This document shows positions 19,500 to 29,759 of a DNA stretch of 64,000 bases, one piece after another. Under the pieces are notes generated by a model that made no database searches, was not told the DNA's origin, and was given only the letters and a program-made list of their open reading frames with translations. Made by a program: the position numbers and the translations under genes. Position 1 is the first letter of the stretch. Every line of letters begins with the position of its first letter. Source of the DNA: an uncultured beta proteobacterium (GTDB lineage: Bacteria > Pseudomonadota > Gammaproteobacteria > Burkholderiales > Casimicrobiaceae); the NCBI GenBank assembly GCA_963711235.1, contig CAVQDI010000002.1, forward strand, positions 206,395 to 270,394. Direction: 5' to 3'.

Positions 19500-20696
19500 G
19501 TGCTCATTGGACACCCGATATTTTGGCTGCTAGTCGCTTCCGTGGTGGCGCCGCTGCTGGCCGAGATTCCAATCGGCTTCAAAGTGCCGGTCGTGGTCCT
19601 CGAAGTCGTGCTCGGAATTGTTATCGGCCCCCACGTCTTCAAATTGGTGCAGTTCGAGGGTTTCGTAGTGACGATGTTCACGATTGCCATGGCCGTGACG
19701 CTGTTCATGGCAGGGATGGAGCTCGACTTCAGCGAAATCAAGGGACGCCCCCTGACCTTGGCAGTCGGCGGCTGGAGTATTTCGGTACTGTTGGGGATCA
19801 CCGTTGTGGGACTCCTCCATGTCATCCCGCGGGTGGACGCACCGCTTATGGTCACGCTGGCGCTATGTACGACGGGACTTGGCGTGCTGGTCCCTGTCTT
19901 TCGCGACGGAGGTCAACTCGAGACCGCGTTCGGCCGTCTCTTCTTGGCTGCCGGCACGCTGGGCGAGGTGGGCCCCATTGTCGCGATGTCGTTGTTACTG
20001 TCAAAGGATTACAGCACTTGGCAAGAGGTTGCTTTCCTGGCGGCCTTCCTTGCAATTGTCGGTGTAGCGATTGTCGTCGGCATGAGCACACGTCCGCCGA
20101 AGCTGCTGGCACTGCTCAGTCGGCACATGCATGCGAGTACGCAATTGCCCGTACGCGTCTCGTTGCTGATGGTGGCTGCCTTGTTCTTGCTGGCGGAGGA
20201 ATTCGGCTTCGAGAGTATCCTCGGAGCGTTCGCGGCGGGTATGGTCGTGGGCCAAGCCACCCGCGGCGAGGACGGTAAATTGTTGCGCGAGAAAATTGAG
20301 GCGGTCTCGTTCGGCTGGTTTTATCCGTTCTTCTTCGTCGGCGCTGGCATCAAGTTCGACATCGTAGCGCTCGGCCGCGATCTCACCACCATGCTGCTGG
20401 TTCCGGCGTTCGCGCTGTTATTCTTGGTTATCCGAGGCGCACCGGTGTTCCTTTATCGCGCTGAGATCTCGAAGGCGCAGGAACTGGCCTTCGCGCTATC
20501 TTCGGCCGTCCCATCGCTGTCCATAATCGTGGTTATCACCGAGATTGGGGTTCGGGCGAAGACGATGAGCTCGGATGTCGCGGCTGCTTTGATCGGCGCT
20601 GCGCTGCTTTCTGTCCTGCTGTTTCCGACAATTGCAGGTGTGATCCTACAAAGAATCGCCGCGCCGCAGATTCATACGCGAGTCGGCGCGTCATAA
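19500..20696 (+). CDS. Cation:proton antiporter (CPA family, Na+/H+ exchanger-like)
   Basis: GTG start. About 12 predicted TM helices. VVLEVVLGIVIGPHV and LGAFAAGMVVGQ motifs typical of Kef/Nha-type CPA2 exchangers. Confidence 0.8.
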   Translation: MLIGHPIFWLLVASVVAPLLAEIPIGFKVPVVVLEVVLGIVIGPHVFKLVQFEGFVVTMFTIAMAVTLFMAGMELDFSEIKGRPLTLAVGGWSISVLLGITVVGLLHVIPRVDAPLMVTLALCTTGLGVLVPVFRDGGQLETAFGRLFLAAGTLGEVGPIVAMSLLLSKDYSTWQEVAFLAAFLAIVGVAIVVGMSTRPPKLLALLSRHMHASTQLPVRVSLLMVAALFLLAEEFGFESILGAFAAGMVVGQATRGEDGKLLREKIEAVSFGWFYPFFFVGAGIKFDIVALGRDLTTMLLVPAFALLFLVIRGAPVFLYRAEISKAQELAFALSSAVPSLSIIVVITEIGVRAKTMSSDVAAALIGAALLSVLLFPTIAGVILQRIAAPQIHTRVGAS

Positions 20697-20731
20697 CCGG
20701 GCGATTCAGGGATCGGCTGCTACAGGGCTGG

Positions 20732-21163
20732 TCACAGGCGGCCAGCATCCTTTGCTTCGAGGATGGCAGCCTGAAGCGCTCTCTTGACCTTCTGGTCCTT
20801 GATGTTGAGCACGCCGCGCTTGGGATGCTCGCCAAAACGTCGGTTTGGCGAGGCTGCGAACCATTCGGTGTCGAACGACAGCCGCACCGTGTTGCCGAGA
20901 TCGAATTTCGTGTCGCGGTCGAGCCCCGCCTTCTGGTCTGCCGCGCGGATTGTAAACTCGCCAGCGTAGCGCTTCTCGACGCCCTGCGACGTTCCATAGG
21001 CAACCCGCACAATCGAGGCTTCTTTGCGCTCCGGGTCCTCTTCGACCTCCACGACAAGTGCGGGCCTGTCCTTTGGCCCAGGTACCCCGACTTCGCCTTC
21101 CGGAAACCGGCACTGAACAATGTCACCGGCCTTCGGTCTTGGCGCCCAAGGGCGCGGGCTCAT
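20732..21163 (-). CDS. PemK/MazF-like toxin-fold protein
   Basis: PKAGDIVQCRFPEGE...KDRPALVVEV follows the PemK pattern (GD-I-x-x-x-FP...RPalVv). Overlaps the upstream small gene by 4 nt. Confidence 0.5.
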   Translation of the reverse strand: MSPRPWAPRPKAGDIVQCRFPEGEVGVPGPKDRPALVVEVEEDPERKEASIVRVAYGTSQGVEKRYAGEFTIRAADQKAGLDRDTKFDLGNTVRLSFDTEWFAASPNRRFGEHPKRGVLNIKDQKVKRALQAAILEAKDAGRL

Positions 21164-21435
21164 TTCAGCAGGCTGCTCAGGGTCCGGCCCTTGCGCTTCG
21201 GCTCGTGCCTGCGGATCGCGGCGAGCTGCGCCTTGGTCAGCGGCGGATAGCCTTCTTCGGATTCGCCGCGCAGGGCATCCTCGCGTAGTCTGGCAAGCGC
21301 GAAGTGCACAGCCTGGGTTTCGGAAAATCCAAGAGCCTTGGCGATCCTGCGCATGGTCACACGGCTAACTGTGGTCAGCGTGTCAACCTTGAAGTTGAGC
21401 AATAACGCCTCTTTCCTCGTTGCATTGTTGGTCAT
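21160..21435 (-). CDS. Putative antitoxin partner of the PemK-like protein
   Basis: 91-aa ORF whose stop overlaps the toxin start (ATGA). No recognisable domain by eye. Confidence 0.4.
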   Translation of the reverse strand: MTNNATRKEALLLNFKVDTLTTVSRVTMRRIAKALGFSETQAVHFALARLREDALRGESEEGYPPLTKAQLAAIRRHEPKRKGRTLSSLLK

Positions 21436-21578
21436 GGAGTCGATGCCGTGGTTGTCATATATAAAAAGTATATATGAAAGCTGGCACGAGTTTCAAGGAC
21501 AAGATCGCCATTTTTCCTGGCACCCACGAAGCCGGACCTTCTGGGGCCGTGGCAAATCCGGCAATGCCGGTCGACATG

Positions 21579-21621
21579 CTGCGCGACTTTTGAAACCGGG
21601 GTGCGCGACTATTGCGCGACT
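21579..21621 (+). promoter_or_regulatory. Arm-type repeat array (3 x TGCGCGACT), right end of island 1
   Basis: Copies start at 21579, 21601 and 21612. The 22/11-nt spacing and orientation are identical to 9799-9841. Confidence 0.6.
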
Positions 21622-21714
21622 TTTCGCGTGAAGGATGTGGAACCATAGGGGCGAAAACTAGCGCGCCGGGCGTTCGCCACTAATTAAATCAATTGCTTAG
21701 AAGCCTTAAATCGC

Positions 21715-21761
21715 GCTACGAACCAGGGGGTCGTGGGTTCAAATCCTGCCGGGCGCGCCAA
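21715..21761 (+). repeat. att core copy 2 (47-nt duplicate of the tRNA-Arg 3' half)
   Basis: Exact match to 9732-9778; there is no 5' half of a tRNA upstream. Confidence 0.9.
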
Positions 21762-21819
21762 AAAATCAAGGGCTTGCAGAAACGCGGGCCCTTTTCTTTT
21801 CCGGCGTTGCGTGACTTTT

Positions 21820-22023
21820 TCACGCAACTGCCCGCAGAAGTGTCATCGCTGGCGTGCTTCGGGTGGCATTGATTCGGTTCACCGCCTCCAGGAGCTCGGC
21901 AATTTCCGCGGCCGAGTAGTGCGTGGTTACGCTCCCGTTGTGGTGTCCCAGCAAAACCTGCCGCGTCTCAAAGCTCACTCCGGCCGCTCGCAGTCGACGG
22001 CCGAACGTATGCTTCAAGTCGAC
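21820..22023 (-). pseudogene. C-terminal fragment of a tyrosine integrase (paralogue of int at 9856-10989)
   Basis: VDLKHTFGRRLRAAGVSFETRQVLLGHHNGSVTTHYSAAEIAELLEAVNRI aligns with the last ~69 residues of the island-1 integrase. Upstream residues are unrelated. Confidence 0.7.
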
Positions 22024-22024
22024 A

Positions 22025-22180
22025 CTCGCCAGTGGGCGCTTCGCAATGCTCGACGACGGCATGGGATTCAGCCTCGTGCCTTGGGCGCCAGTCATTGACA
22101 ACCGACTTGGTCAGTCGATCGCGGCCGTGATGCGTGGTGGCAGCGCCCATTGGGAGATTGGCAAGCAATTATCTCGATAG
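22025..22180 (+). pseudogene. C-terminal fragment of a DUF3363-type protein
   Basis: LASGRFAMLDDGMGFSLVPWAPVIDNRLGQSIAAVMRGGSAHWEIG parallels 11445-11603 of island 1. It abuts the integrase fragment at about 22024. Confidence 0.55.
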
Positions 22181-22468
22181 GGGAATCGCTGTCAGTCCAA
22201 GGCCCACGCAGCATGGCATGTCGCGCAAGCGAAGTACCGAGCCCATACTGAGAAAACGCAGCCATCCTCAATTCGGCCGAGTTCGAACAGCAGACGGTCA
22301 GCTTGGTCATCCAAATTAATCGCATGCAGTCGTTCGCATCGCTTGCTTAACGATTGCTGCCAAGAAAGCTTCTTACTTGACTTCGATTCTTGGGACAGTA
22401 AAATGCCGTGCCCGAGCGCCGAATGGCTTCTGCGGGAAGCGCAGCAAGAAGCTCGATCTCGATCAGTT

Positions 22469-23974
22469 ATGGAGAGAACCGTGAACTTCAGAATACTTCT
22501 ACGGGTAGTGTGCCTTGCGGTCCTGGCGGCAGTCCTGATTGGTTGCCAGAAGACGGACACCGCTGTCGAAAAGGCGGCGACTGACGTAAAGGACAAGGCT
22601 GTCGCGGATGCGAAGGCAGCCGAGGCGCTTGTGAAGGAGAAGGAGGCGCAGGACACCGGCATCGAAGCCTACATCTATGCCTATCCGTTGGTCACTATGG
22701 AGCTGACGCGGCGCGTGTCGACCAACGTAGCGGCGCCCGAGGGCAGCAAGGCGCCGATGGGCCAGCTCGCCAAGCTGCGCGGGTATCCGGCGGTTGATGA
22801 CCATACGGTGACCGCGCCGAATGCGGATACGCTCTACACCGTCGCGTGGCTCGATGTGTCCAAGGAGCCTTGGATTGTCAGCGCGCCCGACATGAACGGG
22901 CGCTTCTTCCTGCTGCCGATGCTGGACGGCTGGACGACGGTATTCGCCGATCCCGGCAAGCGCACCACGGGTACTGGCGCGCAGAAGTTCGCCATCACCG
23001 GCCCGGGTTGGACGGGACCACTTCCGGCGGGGGTCAAGGAGTACAAGTCGCCGACAGGCATAGTGTGGCTGCTTGGCCGCCTCTATTGCACTGGCACGCC
23101 AGAGGACTACAAGGCGGTGCACGCGCTGCAGGACAAGATGACGGTCGTGCCGCTGTCCGCGTACGGCAAATCCTATGCGCCGACGCCGGGAACCGTCGAT
23201 CCAGGCGTCGACATGAAGACGTCAATCCGCGACCAGGTTAACGCGATGGACGCCGCGTCATATTTCAAGCTGTTCGCAGAGCTGCTCAAGACTAATCCCC
23301 CGGTCGCCGAGGACGCGCCGATGGTGGCAACGCTTGCCAAGATCGGGATAGTGCCCGGCCAGGACTTCGATGTGTCCAAGATAGACCCAGCTGTCGCTAA
23401 GGGCCTTGCGGGCGTTCCCAAGCCCGCACAGGACAAGATCATAGTTTGGCTGAAGGAGGGGATCGTTGCCGGCGACCTGAAAATCACCGACGGCTGGTTC
23501 TTCTCGACCAAGGTAGGTATCTATGGCACCGCCTATCGTATGCGGGCACTGGCCACATGGATCGGGCTCGGCGCAAATCGTCCGCAGGATGCGGTCTACC
23601 CCACCTCCGAAGGGCCGGACATTGTCAAGAAGTACAGCGGCGCGAATAAGTATGTCATGCACTTCAACAAAGGTGAGTTGCCACCGGTCAACGGCTTCTG
23701 GTCGCTGACGATGTATGACGCCAACTACTTCTTCGTGCCGAATCCGATCAACCGTTACACGGTGAGCCAGCGCAACAAGCTCAAAGCTAACCCGGACGGA
23801 TCGGTCGATATCTACGTCCAGAACGAATCCCCCGGCAAGGGCAAGGAACAGAACTGGCTGCCGGCGCCGAAGGACCAGTTCATTCTCATGATGCGCCTGT
23901 ACTGGCCCAAGGAAAGGCCGCCATCCATTCTCGATGGCAGCTGGAAGGTTCCGCAGGTCAAAGAGGTCAGCTGA
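22469..23974 (+). CDS. DUF1254/DUF1214 domain lipoprotein
   Basis: ATG at 22469. Lipobox LIGC. IEAYIYAYPLVTMELTRR...NADTLYTVAWLDVSKEPWIVSAPDMNGRFFLLPMLDGWT (DUF1254) and C-terminal MMRLYWPKERPPSILDGSWKVPQVKEV (DUF1214). Confidence 0.8.
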   Translation: MERTVNFRILLRVVCLAVLAAVLIGCQKTDTAVEKAATDVKDKAVADAKAAEALVKEKEAQDTGIEAYIYAYPLVTMELTRRVSTNVAAPEGSKAPMGQLAKLRGYPAVDDHTVTAPNADTLYTVAWLDVSKEPWIVSAPDMNGRFFLLPMLDGWTTVFADPGKRTTGTGAQKFAITGPGWTGPLPAGVKEYKSPTGIVWLLGRLYCTGTPEDYKAVHALQDKMTVVPLSAYGKSYAPTPGTVDPGVDMKTSIRDQVNAMDAASYFKLFAELLKTNPPVAEDAPMVATLAKIGIVPGQDFDVSKIDPAVAKGLAGVPKPAQDKIIVWLKEGIVAGDLKITDGWFFSTKVGIYGTAYRMRALATWIGLGANRPQDAVYPTSEGPDIVKKYSGANKYVMHFNKGELPPVNGFWSLTMYDANYFFVPNPINRYTVSQRNKLKANPDGSVDIYVQNESPGKGKEQNWLPAPKDQFILMMRLYWPKERPPSILDGSWKVPQVKEVS

Positions 23975-24061
23975 AAGCGACGGCCTGAGACGGGGAAGCG
24001 GCGATCAGTCGAATGCGGGCGTCGTGTTTTCTTGTGCCAATGAGAATTGGAAGATCCGACC

Positions 24062-24877
24062 ATGAAGCGTATCCGACCAATTGGCTATGCCCTAAGCGTA
24101 GCGGTGACGCTCGCTGGCGCATCGCTACCAGCGCGCGCCGACCTAAGTGCGGAAGAACTCGCCAAGCTGGCACAGAATCCGGTCGCCAACCTGATCAGCG
24201 TGCCGTTTCAGTACAACGCCAACCTCAACTACGGGCCAGAGAAGGACACGCAGAGCATTCTCAATATCCAACCGGTCATTCCGTTCGAATTGAACAAGGA
24301 CTGGAACCTGATCACGCGTACCATCCTCCCGGTCATCTGGCAGCCGGGACTCGCGCCCGGCGACAGCAGCACCAGCGGCATTGGTGGAACGCAGTTTTCG
24401 GCGTTCTTTTCGCCGTCCAATGCCGAGGGCACGATCTGGGGTGCTGGACCGATTGCACAAATCCCAACGACAACGAACACCAAGCTTGGCTCCGATCGCT
24501 GGGGACTTGGGCCAACGTTTGTCGTCCTGAGGCTGGAAAAGGGCGACCCATGGGTTTACGGTTTCCTTGTCAACAATGTCTGGTCCGTCGGCAGCGGCGC
24601 CGGCGGCTCCTACAACAGTTTCCTGCTGCAGCCGTTCGTGAACTATAACTTCGAGGGCGGCACCTATCTTTCTTCGGCGCCGATCCTGACCGCCAATTGG
24701 AAGGCCAGCGGCAGCAACGTGTGGACGGTGCCGCTCGGGATCGCCCTGGGGCACATCTTCCACCTGGGCAAGCTTCCCGTGAACGCGCAGATCGGCAGCT
24801 ATTACAACGTGGTCAAGCCCGACTTTGGCTCGAACTGGCAGATTCGCGCGCAGGTTCAGCTGATGTTTCCGAAGTAG
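24062..24877 (+). CDS. Outer-membrane beta-barrel protein (MetA-pathway/phenol-degradation-like transporter family)
   Basis: ATG at 24062. Signal peptide ending ARA. NPVANLISVPFQYN motif, alternating beta-strand pattern, and a C-terminal QVQLMFPK. Confidence 0.55.
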   Translation: MKRIRPIGYALSVAVTLAGASLPARADLSAEELAKLAQNPVANLISVPFQYNANLNYGPEKDTQSILNIQPVIPFELNKDWNLITRTILPVIWQPGLAPGDSSTSGIGGTQFSAFFSPSNAEGTIWGAGPIAQIPTTTNTKLGSDRWGLGPTFVVLRLEKGDPWVYGFLVNNVWSVGSGAGGSYNSFLLQPFVNYNFEGGTYLSSAPILTANWKASGSNVWTVPLGIALGHIFHLGKLPVNAQIGSYYNVVKPDFGSNWQIRAQVQLMFPK

Positions 24878-25022
24878 TCTGGTTAAAGCAATAGACGCGG
24901 CGACAACGGTTAGCTGACACGGACTGCAGCGTTTGAGCTTCTGCTTCCACAATATCGAACGTAGCTTTTGGAGGCTCGACGGACCGCTTTGGGCCGCACC
25001 AGCCGATGATGAGCGTAATGCG

Positions 25023-25043
25023 GTGCGTGACTTTTGCGTGACT
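25023..25043 (+). promoter_or_regulatory. Arm-type repeats (2 x TGCGTGACTTT), right end of island 2
   Basis: Copies lie 11 nt apart. A related single copy at 21807-21816 lies at the left end. Confidence 0.45.
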
Positions 25044-25134
25044 TTGGTGTGCGTCAATGGACTCTCGTATACAAATTCAGTGGAGCGATCAGCCGCAAGT
25101 CGTTGATTAATGAAAGCCGCTGGTATCTACAAAA

Positions 25135-25181
25135 GGCTACGAACCAGGGGGTCGTGGGTTCAAATCCTGCCGGGCGCGCCA
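25135..25181 (+). repeat. att core copy 3 (duplicate of the tRNA-Arg 3' half)
   Basis: Exact match to 9732-9778 minus the last base, plus one extra 5' base of the tRNA. Confidence 0.9.
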
Positions 25182-25200
25182 CCAATTCGTGTTACACATC

Positions 25201-25242
25201 AGGAGGTTGCGACGAAACCGTCGCGACCTCCTTACTTTTGTT
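25201..25242 (+). terminator. Rho-independent terminator, probably the ancestral tRNA-Arg terminator
   Basis: Perfect 14-bp stem AGGAGGTTGCGACG / CGTCGCGACCTCCT with loop AAAC, followed by TACTTTTGTT. Lies 20 nt after att copy 3. Confidence 0.6.
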
Positions 25243-26982
25243 ACGCAGCATCCCGTGAGATTCCCGTAAATACCATTCCGTAACGATACCGCTCCAGCGC
25301 GCCCCACGCTCGGTTCTCTCTGCCCATACCAACCGGATGACAGGGGCGAGTCCTGAACAGGATGCTGCGGTCAGGCGTGGGCACGAAGGCTTTTGTCAAC
25401 GGAGTCTGGCGCTGATGGACATGGTTGCATACGACCTCGGGGCCGCAATGTTGCGCTTTCGCCGTGAATATTCACATCCGCATTAAAATTGCTTGCACCC
25501 TCTTTGCACTCAGGACTAATCTCTAATCAACTCGTTCGATTGAGCGCAGCGTCGCTCCCGAAACTCATGTACTGCATGCTACCGATCCTCAGCTTGGGAC
25601 TCGCTGCCCAGGTGCCCGGCTTGTTCTGTGGCGGGAGCATCAACGGTTTCGAGCAGCGGGCGTCGGCGCAAGCCGGCCCGGCTACGACAAAGTAATTCCA
25701 CCCGACCGGAAGACATTCCGCCGGGTGAGTCAGCGGAACTGTCGGAAGGTCGTATTCCTTCCCCTTTTCGACAACTTCCGCCTTGGTTCGTGTGGTGATC
25801 GCCTTGGTACGCGCGTACTCGCGCGGGGGCGTGACGAAAGGAGGGCAGACGCTATGGCGCGCACGACGAACAGCCAACGGGCAACCACGCGGCGTGGGGC
25901 CTCGCGCATCCGGACAGACGCGCAACCGATGAGCGGCAGTTTGCTCTCCGGTCGCGGCTCCGCAGCCTTGCTCCTTTCCGCGCCGCGGCGCGGTAATGCC
26001 GGCATCGGCTGCCTGCAAATTCCTTGCCGAGCTTTCGCCGCTGGGACCAATCGATAAGCGAATCGATTCCTCCCGAGCGCAGGCCCGGCGGCCGAGAGAT
26101 GACGGCGTCGGGCTTTTTGTTTTCCAGCGCCAGACAATTACCTTGACAACGAGGGGCCGAAAATGAAACGCGCAAACATGGAATTCGCAAGACCGCACGG
26201 GTTTCGGGAATTCGAGTTCGTGTGGGCAGGGCCCGATGGAGCGTATTGGCACGCTGTAGACGGTATGGTGGTCCGCGTCGCCGCGGCAGAGCGCGGGCGG
26301 GCACGCGAAGCCGAAGCGTTGGATACGTCTCTGTCAAGGTACGAGATTGGGCGCGGGGATGCTGGTGTGCGCTCAATCGGTTCTGCGCGCGCCGAGAAGT
26401 CGCATGGGCGTGGCGGCTTTGCGTGTGGGCGCAACGCGCCTGGTTCGTGATTCACGTCGTGCAGTGGTTTTGGTGAGAAGTCTTGCGGCGCAAGTCGTCA
26501 AGGCGCAGTGCTGTCACCAGTAGCGGCAACCCGGCGGAGCAATCCGCCGGGGCCGTGCGAGGTGCGCGGCAGCGCGACCCGAAAAGCGCGGCAACGCAAT
26601 GCCACGCCAATCGCCACCGCAAGGCGTCGACTCTACTGTTCTCCGACGGTCGTGAGTGACTCCGGGCGGCTTCGGTGCGGCCATTCGGCCGGCATGGGGG
26701 ACTGCCAGTCATCAACCCTTCTCGGTCATACGTCCGACGAAGCCGACCGTTCGCATCGCCGCGGGAGCGGCCATTCAGTCGCGGCTCGTTAACTGGTGCT
26801 CGAGTACGATTTCGCCAGGCGCACCCTGGAGTGGGCGGCGGAATGTGCCGCCAAGAACCGCTACAAGGAGCGGGCGCTGGCCCGGCCCGGACCGAAGAGC
26901 AGGCGAAGAAAATCGGACGGACACAATTTCCGATTCAGTAAATCACCCTGTGCGGCCTGGATGAGCGAAGTGTCCGTCCCAG

Positions 26983-27450
26983 TTATTTCGCCAGCCGCCT
27001 CAGGTGCAGCACGAGCTGCCAGATCTGTTCGTCGGTCAGCTTTCGGTGGGATGGCATTGATGTGTCCGGCGACCCGAATCTGATGATCCAGAACAGTTGC
27101 CCATCGGGTATGTCATTGACGGTCCTGGCGCAGGCGAAATTGCGCGGAGGAGGACTGAATTGCGTTGCAAGAGGCCCGTTGCCCTCGCCTCGGTCCCCGT
27201 GACAGATCGCGCAACCCGAGTCGCCAGCTTTGCCCAGGTACAAGTGCTCCCCGGCACCGAGGTTGCCGGCGTCGGGCTGAAGCGGATTCGTGCGCGAGTA
27301 GTAGTCCTCGGGAGCTTTGCCCGTGAAGCGGGGCTGGGGGCATTGGGCGGCGGGCGGCGCGGCCTGCACCGGCAGGACGGTCGCGGCGAGCGCCACCAGC
27401 GCCGCCCAGCGCCACCCGAAGCTTACTGATGCGAGTGCCCATGTAGCCAT
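26983..27450 (-). CDS. Monohaem c-type cytochrome, secreted
   Basis: ATG at 27450 with GGAGGA upstream. Signal peptide. CAICH haem motif. Distal ...SMPSH... region. Confidence 0.75.
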   Translation of the reverse strand: MATWALASVSFGWRWAALVALAATVLPVQAAPPAAQCPQPRFTGKAPEDYYSRTNPLQPDAGNLGAGEHLYLGKAGDSGCAICHGDRGEGNGPLATQFSPPPRNFACARTVNDIPDGQLFWIIRFGSPDTSMPSHRKLTDEQIWQLVLHLRRLAK

Positions 27451-27779
27451 CTGTATTTCCTCCAGAATCTCGCGGGCGGTATCGCCAGCGCGCTGGCGCG
27501 TCCGGTCCGATACCGCGATTGCTCTACCAGTGTGAAAGAGAGGGGGCGAGCTTGCAACTACCCGGGGTGGCGGATTTCCGGACGCGGTTGCGCTTCCGGG
27601 CACCACGTACGCCGTCGTCAATGGCGGTGATTGCGGCTGCCCTGTTCGCGGTTTCGCCGTACCTCATTGCCAAAGAACGGAATGCTTGCAACCGAGGCGG
27701 GGTCCATATATTCCAGTTGGGCCAACGGGGGCGACCGGCTGCCCCACGCGCTGCCGCAAAGCTGAAGGTCAGCGTGCGC

Positions 27780-27980
27780 TCAACGCCCGCCACGGGAAAA
27801 CAGATCCTCCATATTCGGCGCAGAAACCAACGGATATTGATTTGGATCCGCTTGCGCCATCATCAGAGCATTCTCATCCGAAAGCCTATACCACAGCGCG
27901 GAAGCAAGTCCCAACAGCGCTAGCATAACGACCAAAACGCAGACGCGAATGGTCGATTTCGTTCTCTCGCGGTGAGCCAT
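27780..27980 (-). CDS. Small single-TM membrane protein, unknown function
   Basis: ATG at 27980 with AGGAGG upstream. One hydrophobic helix (IRVCVLVVMLALLGLASALWY). Confidence 0.35.
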   Translation of the reverse strand: MAHRERTKSTIRVCVLVVMLALLGLASALWYRLSDENALMMAQADPNQYPLVSAPNMEDLFSRGGR

Positions 27981-28589
27981 AGCCTACCTCCTGACTTCAC
28001 CTACTTTCGCACGGACTATCGCTTGTTTAAATGTTGCGACGATAAAGTCCTTAACGTATTGACATTGGTCAAAACGCTTAGTGATATTTGCCCTAATTCC
28101 CTGATAACCGTTTCACTACGATGTGCCTTAATCGCCGTGGCGACGCCCGAGGGACAGGCTTGGCGACGAAACGGTACAAGCGGGTGCGGAGGCGACCGGT
28201 TGTGGCCGACGGAAAGCAGAAATTCTTGCGCCCCCTTGACAAGGGAAGCCATATCAGTCCTTCGGGCCAGAAGCGGACAGCCACGTATTCCCGCAATGCG
28301 GACGCTCGTGCCTACAAATCGCCGATGGCGGTCCGGTGGCCCGCGATCGCGTCGCGCTTGCTGATTGCGCCGTCGAGCTCGGCCGCGTTGTCTCGCATCG
28401 CCGGGGTTACCACGTGCCCTGCAATTCCTCCGCCGGCGTGATCTTAAGTTGCCCGTGCAACTCCTTGATGCGCTTCTCGACCTCCATATTGCGATTGGCT
28501 CTGGCTTCGTCATCGCCGGTGTTGCGTCGCCCTCCCCGCCGGTACGGTTAGTGGCAAGCGCGGAGGTGTTTGCCATCGCGATTGCCATC

Positions 28590-29759
<1,170 letters not shown>

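Larger units (their letters stand above)
9778..21761. mobile_element. Genomic island 1 (integrative element remnant) at tRNA-Arg
   Basis: Bounded by the tRNA 3' half and its direct repeat. Integrase is adjacent to the tRNA, with an Xis-like HTH, a relaxase-family fragment, matching arm-type repeat arrays at both ends and a toxin-antitoxin pair at the distal end. Confidence 0.8.
21762..25181. mobile_element. Genomic island 2 (short, decayed relative of island 1)
   Basis: Bounded by att copies 2 and 3. Has a truncated integrase and a DUF3363 fragment at the left end, and TGCGTGACT repeats at both ends. Confidence 0.7.
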
